64,000 bases of DNA from an uncultured Gammaproteobacteria bacterium (GCA_964394685.1 CAYMYO010000003.1:16218-80217), one strand, 5' to 3'. Positions 8,907 to 19,541 are shown, numbered from the stretch's first letter. The notes: generated by a model not told the origin, from the sequence alone. Program-made: numbers and translations.

Positions 8907-10801
8907 TGGCCACCTCCACCAACGGCCGGATAATTACAGGCAGTACAACCGGTTGTGCCATTGACACAACGATCTATGGCAAAAGGCAATATTGAATTAA
9001 TACTCCTGTTTTGCCCGCTGTTATCAATGAAACTAAAATGAAGATGCGGCCCGCTTGAGCTTCCGCTGTGATCAACTTCGCCAATAACAACGTTTGGAAA
9101 CACCTCTTGCCCTTCGGAAATGCGTATGGTAGATCGAAGCAAATGACCAAATTTAAGAGTGTAATTATATGGAGAAATTCCAACAATAATAATATGATTG
9201 CCCAAATATCCCCCACAAGGGTTTCCTAAAAACCCCTCATAATCAGGACAACCGGCGAAAACCCTAGTTGCGTGTCCGCGGATGGTGGCGTATACATCCG
9301 TTCCACTTGGTGCACCTATGTCAATGGCGTTTGCTTTCGCGTGAGTACCGCCGCAGGAGGTAAATGGTCCTTGGGTAATTGTTCCGTTTGTTGGCCAACG
9401 ACAATCTTGGGAAGAGGGATCACAAGCGGCCATAGAACATAGTGGATCTGTCGGGTTGTTCTCGCAATCAACAAATTGATTTTCGTCTCCCGTTCCAAAC
9501 GCCTGAACAAACGCATTGTCGTCGACGAGTTGTACATATTTTGTAGAAGGAATAATTCCAAGAGAGTCGACAAGAGGAACAACGCCCGCAATGAGAGCGA
9601 CAATTGAAACAAGAACGAGCGCGATGATAAAACTTGCATCTTTCCAGACAGACGGTGTTTCAAAATTGCCGTTGACAAGATCGGTAATAAATTTTAATGA
9701 GAAAAGATTAAACAACCCGGAAACACCGCGACCGACAAAAGAAAGAGCTTTGTCGATAACCAGATCTCCCACAAACCATCCCACGACACTTCCTATTCCG
9801 GGACCGAAAAATCCGCCAATCCACGCACCAAAACTTTTCCCAATTGTTGATGTGACCACTTTTTCTCCTGCCTCTTTTAGCGCCGTTCTTGCGACACCCC
9901 GCATGGTTGCTCCACTTAACGACAATGCAACAGTTGACATTTGGCTCCATGAATAAGATATTGGTTGTTGAAGATAGACGGCATAACGAACCGCATAGAG
10001 CTGTGGGCCAACAAACACAGAGGTGTATGCGTCTGAAAAAAAATTAAACAAAGCATTGTTTGGGGTAAGTCGTACCCCAGGTTGTTGAAAAGACCCAGCA
10101 TTCATTTGTGTTAATGCGCGCTTTATTTCACCGGAATCTGCAATTGTGGATCCCAATTTATCTGTTTTATCTTGAATGGTTTTATGCGCCTTTCCAATTG
10201 CAGCTTGTATGATGTCTTGCTGGGCACCCCGTGGAAGAGCATCAACAACACCCGCAACAATTTTTTGAAGCGGAGTTTCAGCAACAGTTTTAAAAAATCC
10301 TTTTGGTATTTCTGGAAAACCAAGAGAATTAATTGGAAGGTCGGTTTTATCAGAAAAGAAAGAAGCTGCCTCAACAAGTTTTGGTGCCAAATCAGTAAGC
10401 ACAACCTGAGTTGGAGTGGGTTCTGTTTTTGGTTCTATTTCTCGGGTAGTGCGTTCTTGTTTAATTTGTTTAATGTATCTATCAACTTTTATTCCATTGC
10501 TATCAAAAGGAACACGATTTTTTTGAGAAGCTTGCGCCTCTCTTATTTCTTGCATTAATGGTTCGAGCACCTCTTTTGTCGGAATGTTTTTTTCGATAGT
10601 CGTCTGATCAGTCGGTGCTTCGAGTTGTGACAAATAAAAACGAAATTGAGCCTTAAATCCATCAAGCACGCCCAAAAACCTATCATTTGCAAAGTCCATT
10701 GGAATCGCGTTTATATCTAACTGGTGAACAAAATTTGCATATTCTTTTGGATAGAATTTTTGGGCATACAGAAGTAGTTGTAGTGCGTCTTTATCTATCA
10801 T
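8903..10801 (-). CDS. Membrane protein with C-terminal M23 peptidase
   Basis: 'HAKANAID' (HxxxD), 'GNHII', 'GHL' and 'SSGPHLHF' (HxH) motifs after TM segments. Confidence 0.85.
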   Translation of the reverse strand: MIDKDALQLLLYAQKFYPKEYANFVHQLDINAIPMDFANDRFLGVLDGFKAQFRFYLSQLEAPTDQTTIEKNIPTKEVLEPLMQEIREAQASQKNRVPFDSNGIKVDRYIKQIKQERTTREIEPKTEPTPTQVVLTDLAPKLVEAASFFSDKTDLPINSLGFPEIPKGFFKTVAETPLQKIVAGVVDALPRGAQQDIIQAAIGKAHKTIQDKTDKLGSTIADSGEIKRALTQMNAGSFQQPGVRLTPNNALFNFFSDAYTSVFVGPQLYAVRYAVYLQQPISYSWSQMSTVALSLSGATMRGVARTALKEAGEKVVTSTIGKSFGAWIGGFFGPGIGSVVGWFVGDLVIDKALSFVGRGVSGLFNLFSLKFITDLVNGNFETPSVWKDASFIIALVLVSIVALIAGVVPLVDSLGIIPSTKYVQLVDDNAFVQAFGTGDENQFVDCENNPTDPLCSMAACDPSSQDCRWPTNGTITQGPFTSCGGTHAKANAIDIGAPSGTDVYATIRGHATRVFAGCPDYEGFLGNPCGGYLGNHIIIVGISPYNYTLKFGHLLRSTIRISEGQEVFPNVVIGEVDHSGSSSGPHLHFSFIDNSGQNRSINSILPFAIDRCVNGTTGCTACNYPAVGGGGQ

Positions 10802-12642
10802 AGTGGTTGTTTGTCTTGACTTATCGTTTCAACGGTAAACATAGGACGGGCCTGTGTCTGTTCTTTTTGTTCAGCAATTTCTTGTGGTTTTGTTGTAGCA
10901 AGAGCGTGTTCTTCAGGGCTTGCGATAACCCGGATTGCTGCGTGGGCAGGTCCAGCAAACAACAGCCCCTGACCAATATCAGAAGAGAGGAGTAAATGTT
11001 TTTCTCCTTCAGACAAATAAAATACTTCTGCAACGCGATCGATAGCCGCAGAGGATTGTTTGAGAAGAATTTGAATGGAGCTGTTTTGTATGATGGTTTT
11101 CCCTAAATCTCCAGCCAAAAAATCCTCCACGTCCTGCGTGATGGTTGTTAAACCCAAATAGTATTTTCTACTACGCTTTGCTATGGAATTAAGAAATTGT
11201 GCCGAATCGGGGTATTTCATGAGATACCAAGCTTCATCAACAATTAACACCCGTTTTTTTATAGATTTTCTAATCTTTGTCCAAATAAAATCAAGAATGA
11301 GATACATTGCGATAGGTCGAAGTTCGTCTTCAAGATCTCGAATAGAAAACACAGTAAGATGGTTGGTTATTTCCATATTGGATTGCTGATCAAAAATTCC
11401 AATGAGAGACCCACGAACAAATTTTTCTATTCTATCAGCAAGTCCTCGGGCGGTTGTTTCCTCCATTCCAACCAATGCTTTATACAGGTCTTCCATAAGA
11501 GGAGGCTCCCTGTTTTGTGTAGTTGGATCCGGGGTAATACCCTTTTGTTTATAGGTAAGAACGAGTGCCCGATCAAGAAGTGCGTCTTCAGTGGGTGTTA
11601 GTTTCCCCATAACAACACGGAAAAACCCGTGAAGAGAAAGAATTTTTTGGTTGAGATCATTTTCCTCTTCGCCCACATCTTTCAAAACCGATAAATCAAA
11701 TGGATTGATTTTTGTTTTCCCACCAAATTCAAAACGGGTATACTCGCCTCCAAGTGCATTCGTTAACGCTTCATACTCGTTTTCCGGATCAATAATAATC
11801 ACCTCTGTGTCAAACATGAGGCTTCGAATGACTTCAAGCTTAACCATATACGATTTACCAGATCCGGATTTTCCAAACACCACAGTATTTGCGTTTTCAA
11901 GTGTAAAACGGTCAAAAATAACTAAGCTTTCGTTTCCTTCATTAATTCCATACAACACCCCTTCGTTTGCAGTCAGTTCCGAGGTGGTAAATGGAAATGT
12001 TGTAGCAAGAGAGGTGGTATCCATATTTCTTGTGATCATGAGTCGGTCTTGTCCCATGGGAAGTGTTGTTTTGAATCCCTCTTCCATTTGAAGAACCGCC
12101 TTTTTAGGCATAATCATGAGTGATGCAAGCGTCGCCTCAACCTGTTTAGTAGTTTTGTTTAATTCCTCAAGAGTTTTTGCTGGTATGGTGACATAGAGAC
12201 CAAATTGAAAAAAACGTTCAGAGCCCTTTGCAAGCTCCTGTTGGAGGGATAATGCGTCTTCAAGAGCAACCTGTATTGAGGGTTCAATAACACGACCGCG
12301 TTTTAAATCTGATTGAATAGTGGCCTCCATTTCTCCAACTTTTCGTTTCAGATTGTCTAGTATTTCCTCAGATTTTGATGGATAGACATAGAGCGCCACG
12401 TCAAGTGTGTGATTGAAAGAAATAAGTGGCTCTAGCCAATTAGCGCTAACATAGCGTGGATAGCCTGCAATAAAAAGAGTTCGAACAAGCTGGTCACCAA
12501 TGGTAAGGTGATCGAAGTCAACCTCAATTGCGGGTGGCGCAATGATGTCTTTTGTGGTCAGTGGACCTGACGGAGTCGGACCTTTTAGTGCACTTGGAGG
12601 CTGCAATGTAATAAATGATCGGATGGTATTTTTTATATTCAT
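10798..12642 (-). CDS. virB4: VirB4-family secretion ATPase
   Basis: Walker A 'GKSGSGKS', 'IIDPENEY', 'INPFD', 'LIVDEAW', 'RSRKY', 'TQDVED'. Confidence 0.9.
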   Translation of the reverse strand: MNIKNTIRSFITLQPPSALKGPTPSGPLTTKDIIAPPAIEVDFDHLTIGDQLVRTLFIAGYPRYVSANWLEPLISFNHTLDVALYVYPSKSEEILDNLKRKVGEMEATIQSDLKRGRVIEPSIQVALEDALSLQQELAKGSERFFQFGLYVTIPAKTLEELNKTTKQVEATLASLMIMPKKAVLQMEEGFKTTLPMGQDRLMITRNMDTTSLATTFPFTTSELTANEGVLYGINEGNESLVIFDRFTLENANTVVFGKSGSGKSYMVKLEVIRSLMFDTEVIIIDPENEYEALTNALGGEYTRFEFGGKTKINPFDLSVLKDVGEEENDLNQKILSLHGFFRVVMGKLTPTEDALLDRALVLTYKQKGITPDPTTQNREPPLMEDLYKALVGMEETTARGLADRIEKFVRGSLIGIFDQQSNMEITNHLTVFSIRDLEDELRPIAMYLILDFIWTKIRKSIKKRVLIVDEAWYLMKYPDSAQFLNSIAKRSRKYYLGLTTITQDVEDFLAGDLGKTIIQNSSIQILLKQSSAAIDRVAEVFYLSEGEKHLLLSSDIGQGLLFAGPAHAAIRVIASPEEHALATTKPQEIAEQKEQTQARPMFTVETISQDKQPL

Positions 12643-13274
12643 AGTTTTATTGTTGGCTGTTGAATTCCAGGATTATATAAAGAGAAAAACAATTGAATAA
12701 GCTGATCGTTAGTTAATTGGGAGGAGCGAAGCCCAAGTCTTCCAAGAAGGCGCTGTATATGATCTCGTTTTGGAAGAAGAGCAATGAGAGCTCGTTCGAT
12801 AATATAGGATTTCGCGTAAGGGAGCCCACTCTTTTTGGTGCCAAAGAGCACGTTCGTTGATGGACCCAGTTCAAGATTTGAAAAAGGAATGACGATATAA
12901 AACTTTTTATCCAACACCTCTTTTTCTTTTACTGTTGATTCAATAAAAGCCCGATATCCATGAATACTTTTGATAAGCTTTGGATTTTGCTGTTCTTTTT
13001 CTTTATCTTCAAGAAGCTTGAGGTACGCAGTAATGTCCTTATGTTTAGAGCGAATCAATATCTGAATGGGAAATGATAAAGAGTTAAGAATTCCAGCGTA
13101 CGCGTAAATAATTGCCTCCTGCTCTTTTTCAGAAAGCAAGCCAAAATTAACTGCTGTTACCGACAAAATTAAAGCACACGAGCCGTCAACAAACATGACA
13201 ACGTTTTGTAAAACATCCTCTATTTCTGTAAATTGTTGTGTTGATGCCCGTATTGGTACGACTGGTTCTGTCAT
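12639..13274 (-). CDS. Conserved T4SS-associated protein (resembles a VirB4 N-terminal partner)
   Basis: 'VNFGLLSEKEQEAII..Y..LNSLSFPIQI' pattern typical of the gene upstream of virB4 in CPR loci. Confidence 0.6.
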   Translation of the reverse strand: MTEPVVPIRASTQQFTEIEDVLQNVVMFVDGSCALILSVTAVNFGLLSEKEQEAIIYAYAGILNSLSFPIQILIRSKHKDITAYLKLLEDKEKEQQNPKLIKSIHGYRAFIESTVKEKEVLDKKFYIVIPFSNLELGPSTNVLFGTKKSGLPYAKSYIIERALIALLPKRDHIQRLLGRLGLRSSQLTNDQLIQLFFSLYNPGIQQPTIKL

Positions 13275-13277
13275 ATA

Positions 13278-14384
13278 TTATGAATTAACTGTTTGCCCAA
13301 AGATTTGTTTTGAGAGCTCTTCTCTGTTAATATCCCGTTTGCTTTTGGCAACAATTTCAATAGCTGGCATGACGGTGCCATTTAATGTAATTTGTGCCCG
13401 GTCAAACAAAAAGCGGCTTCGTGGATCTTCAACCTCAATAATATAAGTTCCATTAGGAAGCTGAGTTGAGGCAGCGAATTGTCCCAGCTTATTTGTTTTT
13501 AGAGCCCGAAGCGGCACCCCTTCTTTATCGCGCACCGTTACCAAGACACCAGGAAGCAATCCTCCAACGTTGTCCTTCACAATTCCGGTTACAACATTGG
13601 AAAAAGTCGTAAGTCGAGGAAGCCCTGCGCGTGTCGCTGCCTCAGGCGGAATTATTTTTACCGTTGGACCCCTTAAAGCCGCGTTTGACGCGGTTATTGG
13701 TGGAGCGGGTTGGTGTGCGCGCATCGGCAGAGGAGGAATGGGTGTTTGAACCTCTTGTTTTTGAAGTTCAAGCGTTTTCAGTTCCGATTGTGTTTTTTCA
13801 TCTAATTGTTGTTCTAATGTTTTTATTTTGTTCTGTAAATCAAGATATTCAGATGATGGTTGTGTTTGTAAAACCGGTTGTTGAACAGCTGGTGAGACAA
13901 TTGGGCGCGTTACGATTACTGACTTAGGAAATAAATCGTCCAGCCAGCCAAAGAGCATATCGCCAAACGACCTCTTTTGCGCAACTGTTTGTTGTGTATA
14001 TAGTCCTCTGAGCCTCTCAGATACAGCTGGACGCTGCGTTGTTGCGGTTGGAGGTTGAGGTTGCACCACTTGTGCTCTTGCTGGTTCTGAAGCAGCTGGA
14101 ATACGATGCCAAATGAATTGAGTGGGACTATATACATTTCGTAAAAACGATAACACCCACACGTCCATCGGGCGTTCTTCAATGGGGACAAACGCAAATC
14201 CAAACCCAAGAAGTCCAAAGAGTACTGTCATTGGCCACGTAAAAAAGAAAGGCAATGGGAGTTTGTAGGAAATAAAAGCAAGTATTGCGCCACCGGCAAG
14301 ATACCCAAATTGTTTAATGGTCATATCTCCGATGAGCCGAAATTGAAACGTGGTGACGTTTTGAGGGACAGGATGTTGTTCCAT
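13278..14384 (-). CDS. PrgI-family protein with C-terminal carboxypeptidase-regulatory-like domain
   Basis: 'MEQHPVPQNVTTFQFRLIGDMTIKQF' followed by 2 TM helices; C-terminal 'GIVKD...KTNKLGQF...LPNGTY'. Confidence 0.75.
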   Translation of the reverse strand: MEQHPVPQNVTTFQFRLIGDMTIKQFGYLAGGAILAFISYKLPLPFFFTWPMTVLFGLLGFGFAFVPIEERPMDVWVLSFLRNVYSPTQFIWHRIPAASEPARAQVVQPQPPTATTQRPAVSERLRGLYTQQTVAQKRSFGDMLFGWLDDLFPKSVIVTRPIVSPAVQQPVLQTQPSSEYLDLQNKIKTLEQQLDEKTQSELKTLELQKQEVQTPIPPLPMRAHQPAPPITASNAALRGPTVKIIPPEAATRAGLPRLTTFSNVVTGIVKDNVGGLLPGVLVTVRDKEGVPLRALKTNKLGQFAASTQLPNGTYIIEVEDPRSRFLFDRAQITLNGTVMPAIEIVAKSKRDINREELSKQIFGQTVNS

Positions 14385-14506
14385 AGTAGTTATTTTATTG
14401 TAAAGAGAAAACCATATTCCCGCAAGGGGAAAAGCGCATTAGAATCGTGAAAACTCAAATTTTTCATTTCACGCAAATTCTCTTGCATCTATGTTATGAT
14501 ATTTTT

Positions 14507-16708
14507 ATGGGTGACGAGCTAACCATTGTCGAAATAAAAAACTCCCGTGATAGCGAAGAAACACCACTTGTTATGGAACAGGTGTTTGCGGCCCTTGGTG
14601 TTGGGAGATCTCATGGAATTCTTGAACAACTATTTGGTCTCAAAGAACATCGATGGTTTTCGTTTGAAATTGGAGTATTCCAATCAATCATTCATTTTTA
14701 TGTTGTGACCCCAAAATCTGCATATTCCTATCTCGAAAGCCAACTCAGTGCACAATACCCAAAGATTATGGTAGCAGCCGTTGCTGATTATGTTCCACCA
14801 TTTATGGCAAATTCACATGCTCTTACACAACTAACGCTCGCGAGCCCGTCATATTATCCTCTAAAAAACTATAAAGACGTGAAAGACATTGATTTGCTCG
14901 CAAGCGTGCTTGGGTGTCTTGCGCGATTTTCAAAAGAACAATCAGCAGTAATACAACTACGAGTTGCGCCCGCTGGAAACGGATGGCGACAAAATGCCGC
15001 TGGGGTTCTTGCCCGCGGTATTGTTGATTCGATTGATCCGCGGCGCTCTAAAGCGCATCCGCAAGCCAGACTCATAGAAACCAAAATGAATCAAACCGGA
15101 TTTCATACGGCATTTCGTGTGGGGATATCAGCGTCAACGCAAGAAGAAGCAAATACGCTACTCCAAACACTTGTTGGAACATATGGAGTATTTGCGCTCG
15201 GAGAAGGGAATGCCCTTGTTTTAACAAAACCAGCATTCTGGCAAACCAATAAATTAAAAGAATCTTTCGTTACCCGCGCAAGGGGTCCAGTGCCGCGACA
15301 TCAAGTGCTTGGATCGGCTGAACTTGCGACACTCTGGCACCCTCCGGGCCTCCTTCTTTCGGCAATTAAAAATATTTCGTGGGGACTGACTCTTGCAGGT
15401 GAACCGCCAGAAAACCTTCCCATTGCAATAGAAAACGAAGAAGACCGGAAACTTATTAACTTTTTTGCCCGGACGGAATTTCGCAATAAGCAAACAACAT
15501 TTGGCATTAAACGCGATGATAGAAGAAAACATATGTATGTGGTGGGAAAAACAGGAACCGGAAAATCAACAATGATAGCTAACATGGCAATTAATGATAT
15601 GAGAAATCACGAGGGATTAGCAGTTATTGATCCCCACGGTGATTTAACAGACGCGCTTCTTGATTACATTCCCTCATTTCGGGTGAACGACATAGCATAT
15701 CTTGACCCATCTGATATTGCCCACCCTTTTCACCTTAATCCGCTTGAGCTCAAAAATCCGGCACACCGGGAGCTTGTTGCCTCAGGTATTGTTTCAATAT
15801 TTTACAAACTCTACCATTATTCGTGGGGACCGCGACTTGAATATATTTTAAGAAACTGTATCCTTACACTGTTATATATTCCAAACACCACACTTCTGCA
15901 GGTGCCGGAGCTTCTGACAAACGACAGATATAGAGATAAAGTGTTGGAGAAACTTCCGGACCAGGTCTTAAAGAATTTCTGGATCAATGAGTTTAACAAA
16001 CTGAGTCCTCAGATGCGAAGCGAAGCAATTATGCCAATATTAAATAAAGTGGGGCAGTTCCTTTCCTCACAAACAATTCGAAACATTGTGGGCAATCCTC
16101 AATCGACCGTTGACTTAGAAGATATGATGAATAAAGGAAAAATAATTTTAGTCAACCTTGCTCAAGGAAAGCTCGGAGAAGACAGCAGTGCGCTACTCGG
16201 AGCCATGATTATAACCAAAATTCAACTAGCGGCCATGAACAGAGTATATGATCAGGAAGCCAATAGGAAGGATTTTTATTTGTATGTGGATGAGTTTCAA
16301 AATTTTGCTACTACTTCATTTATCAAAATTCTTTCAGAGGCGCGGAAGTATCGACTCAATCTAACTCTGGCCAATCAATACATTGGGCAAATTGATGAAG
16401 ATGTCCAAAATGCCATCTTTGGAAATGCCGGATCTCTCGTTTCATTTTGTGTCGGTGCAACAGACGCAAGACCATTGGCAAGAGAATTTGGTCTGAAATA
16501 CAAAGAAGAAGAGTTGGTGCAAATAGGGAACTATCAAGTAATCCTTAAATTATCTATTGATAATCACACCTCAAGTCCATTTTCAGGAACCACCCTTCCG
16601 CTTCCACGGTCTCATAATCAAAACAGAGAAAAAGTCATTCGGTCAAGCCGGGAACGATTTACAAAAAGTTTTGAAAACATTGGAGTGAAAGAAGAAAGTG
16701 CAAAATAA
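14507..16708 (+). CDS. VirD4/TraD-like type IV coupling protein
   Basis: 'HMYVVGKTGTGKST', 'IDPHGD', 'LYVDEFQNF', 'SEARKYRL..LANQY'; start moved to the ATG 6 nt after TATGAT. Confidence 0.88.
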   Translation: MGDELTIVEIKNSRDSEETPLVMEQVFAALGVGRSHGILEQLFGLKEHRWFSFEIGVFQSIIHFYVVTPKSAYSYLESQLSAQYPKIMVAAVADYVPPFMANSHALTQLTLASPSYYPLKNYKDVKDIDLLASVLGCLARFSKEQSAVIQLRVAPAGNGWRQNAAGVLARGIVDSIDPRRSKAHPQARLIETKMNQTGFHTAFRVGISASTQEEANTLLQTLVGTYGVFALGEGNALVLTKPAFWQTNKLKESFVTRARGPVPRHQVLGSAELATLWHPPGLLLSAIKNISWGLTLAGEPPENLPIAIENEEDRKLINFFARTEFRNKQTTFGIKRDDRRKHMYVVGKTGTGKSTMIANMAINDMRNHEGLAVIDPHGDLTDALLDYIPSFRVNDIAYLDPSDIAHPFHLNPLELKNPAHRELVASGIVSIFYKLYHYSWGPRLEYILRNCILTLLYIPNTTLLQVPELLTNDRYRDKVLEKLPDQVLKNFWINEFNKLSPQMRSEAIMPILNKVGQFLSSQTIRNIVGNPQSTVDLEDMMNKGKIILVNLAQGKLGEDSSALLGAMIITKIQLAAMNRVYDQEANRKDFYLYVDEFQNFATTSFIKILSEARKYRLNLTLANQYIGQIDEDVQNAIFGNAGSLVSFCVGATDARPLAREFGLKYKEEELVQIGNYQVILKLSIDNHTSSPFSGTTLPLPRSHNQNREKVIRSSRERFTKSFENIGVKEESAK

Positions 16709-16732
16709 TAGCTTCTGATTTATACTTACAGC

Positions 16733-17338
16733 ATGAAAATTGGACTTCTCGGTGGAACATTTGACCCTCCGCACATAGGCCATTTATTAATTTCTGAATA
16801 TGTATTAAAAAATACAACTCACTCCGTCGACGAAATGTGGTTTATTCCAACGTATGAGCAGCAATATTTCGGTATAGACCCATCAAAGAACGCCTCATCC
16901 TATGCAATACGTCTAGAAATGGCCGAATGTATATCTTCCCACATTCCTCATACGCGAGTTTCAACAATTGAACAAGAGCACCGATTGTCCGGTCAGACAA
17001 AGGATTTATTTCCATTCTTGCCACTTGAACACGAATACTGTTTTATTATTGGTACAGATCAACTACCCTCGTTTCATCGATGGATGGAGTATAAACAATT
17101 GCTAAAACGAATGCCGTTTTTAGTGTATCCCCGCGCAGATTATCCACCAGAACCACTCTACAAAGGAATGATTCTTCTCGATGGAGATGCGCCGATAACC
17201 AATTTTTCTTCTACTATGGTGCGGGAAATGATAGCAAGAGGAGAAAAAGCAGACGGCATCATTTTACCAGAAGTCTTTCGTATTATTGAGCAGCACGGGT
17301 TATATCGAAAATCAGGGAGAAAAGAACATAAACCATAG
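16733..17338 (+). CDS. nadD: Nicotinate-nucleotide adenylyltransferase
   Basis: 'GGTFDPPHIGH', 'FIIGTD' and 'SST.VR' motifs. Confidence 0.9.
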   Translation: MKIGLLGGTFDPPHIGHLLISEYVLKNTTHSVDEMWFIPTYEQQYFGIDPSKNASSYAIRLEMAECISSHIPHTRVSTIEQEHRLSGQTKDLFPFLPLEHEYCFIIGTDQLPSFHRWMEYKQLLKRMPFLVYPRADYPPEPLYKGMILLDGDAPITNFSSTMVREMIARGEKADGIILPEVFRIIEQHGLYRKSGRKEHKP

Positions 17339-17340
17339 TG

Positions 17341-17805
17341 ATAAATTACAAATTACAATTTGAAATTTGAAATGAAATCAGAAATTTCAAAAAAACCAAA
17401 CGAGAAAAAATACGATTTAGAAGAAAGAACAGCAATGTTTGCCGAACATATTATTGATTTGTGCAAGAAATCACAAAAGAATATCATTACCATTCCAATT
17501 ATTAATCAATTGATTCGATCGGGCACAAGCGTTGGAGCAAATTATTGCGAAGCTAATGGAGCCTCCAGTAAAAAAGATTTCAAGAATAAAATATATATTT
17601 GCAAAAAAGAATCAAAAGAAACGAGATATTGGCTTCGATTACTGGTTAAGGCGTTGCCAGAAGCAAGAGAAGATTGTAAAGTGTTATGGAAAGAAGCGAG
17701 CGAGTTCGTATTGATATTTGGATCAATTGTGAGTAAAACTGTTTAAGATTTGAAATTTGTAGCTTGAATATTCATTTCAAATTGTAAATTTCAAATTGAA
17801 TTTTT
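17341..17805. repeat. Imperfect low-complexity inverted repeats flanking the four-helix-bundle gene
   Basis: 17341-17392 shares CAATTTGAAATTT, TTTGAAATGAA and AAATTTCAAA with the reverse complement of 17749-17805. Confidence 0.7.
17372..17746 (+). CDS. Four helix bundle protein (23S rRNA intervening-sequence protein family)
   Basis: 'YDLEERT..FA', 'QLIRSGTSVGANYCEA', 'SKKDF', 'KESKETRYWL'. Confidence 0.9.
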   Translation: MKSEISKKPNEKKYDLEERTAMFAEHIIDLCKKSQKNIITIPIINQLIRSGTSVGANYCEANGASSKKDFKNKIYICKKESKETRYWLRLLVKALPEAREDCKVLWKEASEFVLIFGSIVSKTV

Positions 17806-18576
17806 ATGAAAAGCATAAATGTACAACAAGAAGTTGATCATATTGTTGCCTTTCTTCGTGACACATTCCAGAGAGTCGGCTTTTCAGATGCTGTCGTTGG
17901 TCTGTCGGGAGGTGTCGATTCAACAGTGTCATTTATACTTGCTGTACAGGCGCTGGGGATAGACCATGTCTATCCCATTCTTCTTCCGTACGGAGCGTTA
18001 AGCACAAAAGGAGTAATCGATGCAATGAAAATTATTGAAGCCACCCACATTCCTCTTACTCATGTGGTTCGGATTGACATCCAACAAGCGGTAGACGCAA
18101 TTGTGAAAGTAGACCCCATGATGGATAAGGTGAGAAAAGGAAACATTATGGCGCGCGTAAGGATGACAAATCTTTTTGATCAGGCAAAAAAAAGAAAAGC
18201 GCTCGTTATTGGAACCGAGAACAAAAGCGAACATCTGTTGGGGTATTACACACGATATGGAGATGAAGCAAGCGATGTGGAGCCCATACGGCATTTGTAT
18301 AAAACGCATGTATGTGAGCTGGGAAAATATTTGAAAATTCCGGAGGAGATTCAACATAAAACTCCATCAGCTGATCTCTGGCCAGAGCAAACAGACGAAG
18401 GAGAATTCGGCTTTACCTACAAACAGGCCGATGAAATTCTGTATTTCCTTGTCGATGAGAAAAAGACAGAAGAAGAGATCATCACCGCGGGATTTGAAAA
18501 AAACCTCGTTTCAGCAGTTGTGCATCGTTTATCCTCCAACAGCTTCAAGCACAAAACACCATATATATTAGCTTGA
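17806..18576 (+). CDS. nadE: NH3-dependent NAD+ synthetase
   Basis: 'GLSGGVDS', 'GNIMARVRM', 'GYYTRYGD', 'PSADLW..QTDE'. Confidence 0.95.
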   Translation: MKSINVQQEVDHIVAFLRDTFQRVGFSDAVVGLSGGVDSTVSFILAVQALGIDHVYPILLPYGALSTKGVIDAMKIIEATHIPLTHVVRIDIQQAVDAIVKVDPMMDKVRKGNIMARVRMTNLFDQAKKRKALVIGTENKSEHLLGYYTRYGDEASDVEPIRHLYKTHVCELGKYLKIPEEIQHKTPSADLWPEQTDEGEFGFTYKQADEILYFLVDEKKTEEEIITAGFEKNLVSAVVHRLSSNSFKHKTPYILA

Positions 18577-18611
18577 GTATCGACTATGTATCGTCCAATA
18601 TCGTCTATTCA

Positions 18612-18734
18612 TTGAAAGTGACATTTTCGTTATGCACGTGCGTATGAAATACAGTACATTTTTAATCTCGGACCCGCCCTCGGCCCGCTTCGCCGAATCG
18701 AGGCGAGCGAGGCAAGGCTTGTTGAGGCTGATTT
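18612..18734 (+). repeat. Direct repeat A, copy 1 (about 120 bp, internal REP-like hairpin)
   Basis: Near-identical to 19542-19663. Confidence 0.9.
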
Positions 18735-18769
18735 TGCACAAAAGCACTAGATTGCTATACAATAGAAAT

Positions 18770-19156
18770 ATGAGTCAGACAGAAGTAATCCAATATTGGC
18801 TGGTTTCGGCCAAAGAAGCGCAAAAAACCGCAGAAGATTCGCTCGTTGATAAACATTATGATTGGGCGTTTTTCCTGTTTCATTTAACTATCGAAAAGTT
18901 ATTAAAAGGGCTTATTGTTAAACAAGACAAAACTCCATTGCCCATTCATGATTTACCGAAATTAGCAAGATATGCAGGCCTTAAGGCAACAGAGGATCAG
19001 CGTATCATTCTTGAAGAGGTAACAACATACAATATTAAAGCGCGATATGATGATTATAAACGAAAGTTTTATAAAAAAGTTTCAAAAAAAGAATATCAAG
19101 AACAATGGATTCGTGCGTGTAAGGAGATTATCATATGGCTGCAAAACGAGTATTAA
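18770..19156 (+). CDS. HEPN domain protein (toxin-like)
   Basis: 'YDWAFFLFHLTIEKLLK', 'HDLPKL', 'ARY'; ATG 18770 follows TACAAT. Confidence 0.85.
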   Translation: MSQTEVIQYWLVSAKEAQKTAEDSLVDKHYDWAFFLFHLTIEKLLKGLIVKQDKTPLPIHDLPKLARYAGLKATEDQRIILEEVTTYNIKARYDDYKRKFYKKVSKKEYQEQWIRACKEIIIWLQNEY

Positions 19157-19464
19157 ACCAAGCGGTGGTGAAGGAAGTGAAAAAGTATGGAGCTATTCTT
19201 CGTGAAAAGCATATCCCATACGAACGTCTTATTGTATTTGGATCGCAAGCAAAGGGTTTGGCAAAGAAATGGAGTGATATAGACATTTGCGTTGTTTCAA
19301 AAGCATTTGGAAAAGACCCACACGCAGAAATGGTTAATCTTATGCGAGCGCGTGAAGATTCAGACTATATTATTGAGCCGCACCCATACAGCCCTGTCGA
19401 TCTGCAGGAAAAATACGACTCTCTTGCTTCAGAAATCCGTAAATACGGCATCACCGTAGTGTAA
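19135..19464 (+). CDS. Minimal nucleotidyltransferase (MNT antitoxin-like)
   Basis: 'FGSQAKG...SDIDICVV' motif; overlaps the HEPN gene. Confidence 0.88.
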   Translation: MAAKRVLNQAVVKEVKKYGAILREKHIPYERLIVFGSQAKGLAKKWSDIDICVVSKAFGKDPHAEMVNLMRAREDSDYIIEPHPYSPVDLQEKYDSLASEIRKYGITVV

Positions 19465-19466
19465 AT

Positions 19467-19489
19467 CTTGTCAGGATGTCACCCTGCCA
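19467..19489 (+). repeat. Direct repeat B, copy 1
   Basis: CTTGTCAGGATGTCACCCTGCCA, identical at 20974-20996. Confidence 0.9.
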
Positions 19490-19541
19490 TGGAGCGATAA
19501 GACAAGCTAAACAAGAAGAATATATCAAAAGATATCACTGT

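Noticed and set aside
17372-17746. Diversity-generating retroelement (Avd-like gene)
   Set aside because: No reverse transcriptase or TR/VR pair is seen in the window.
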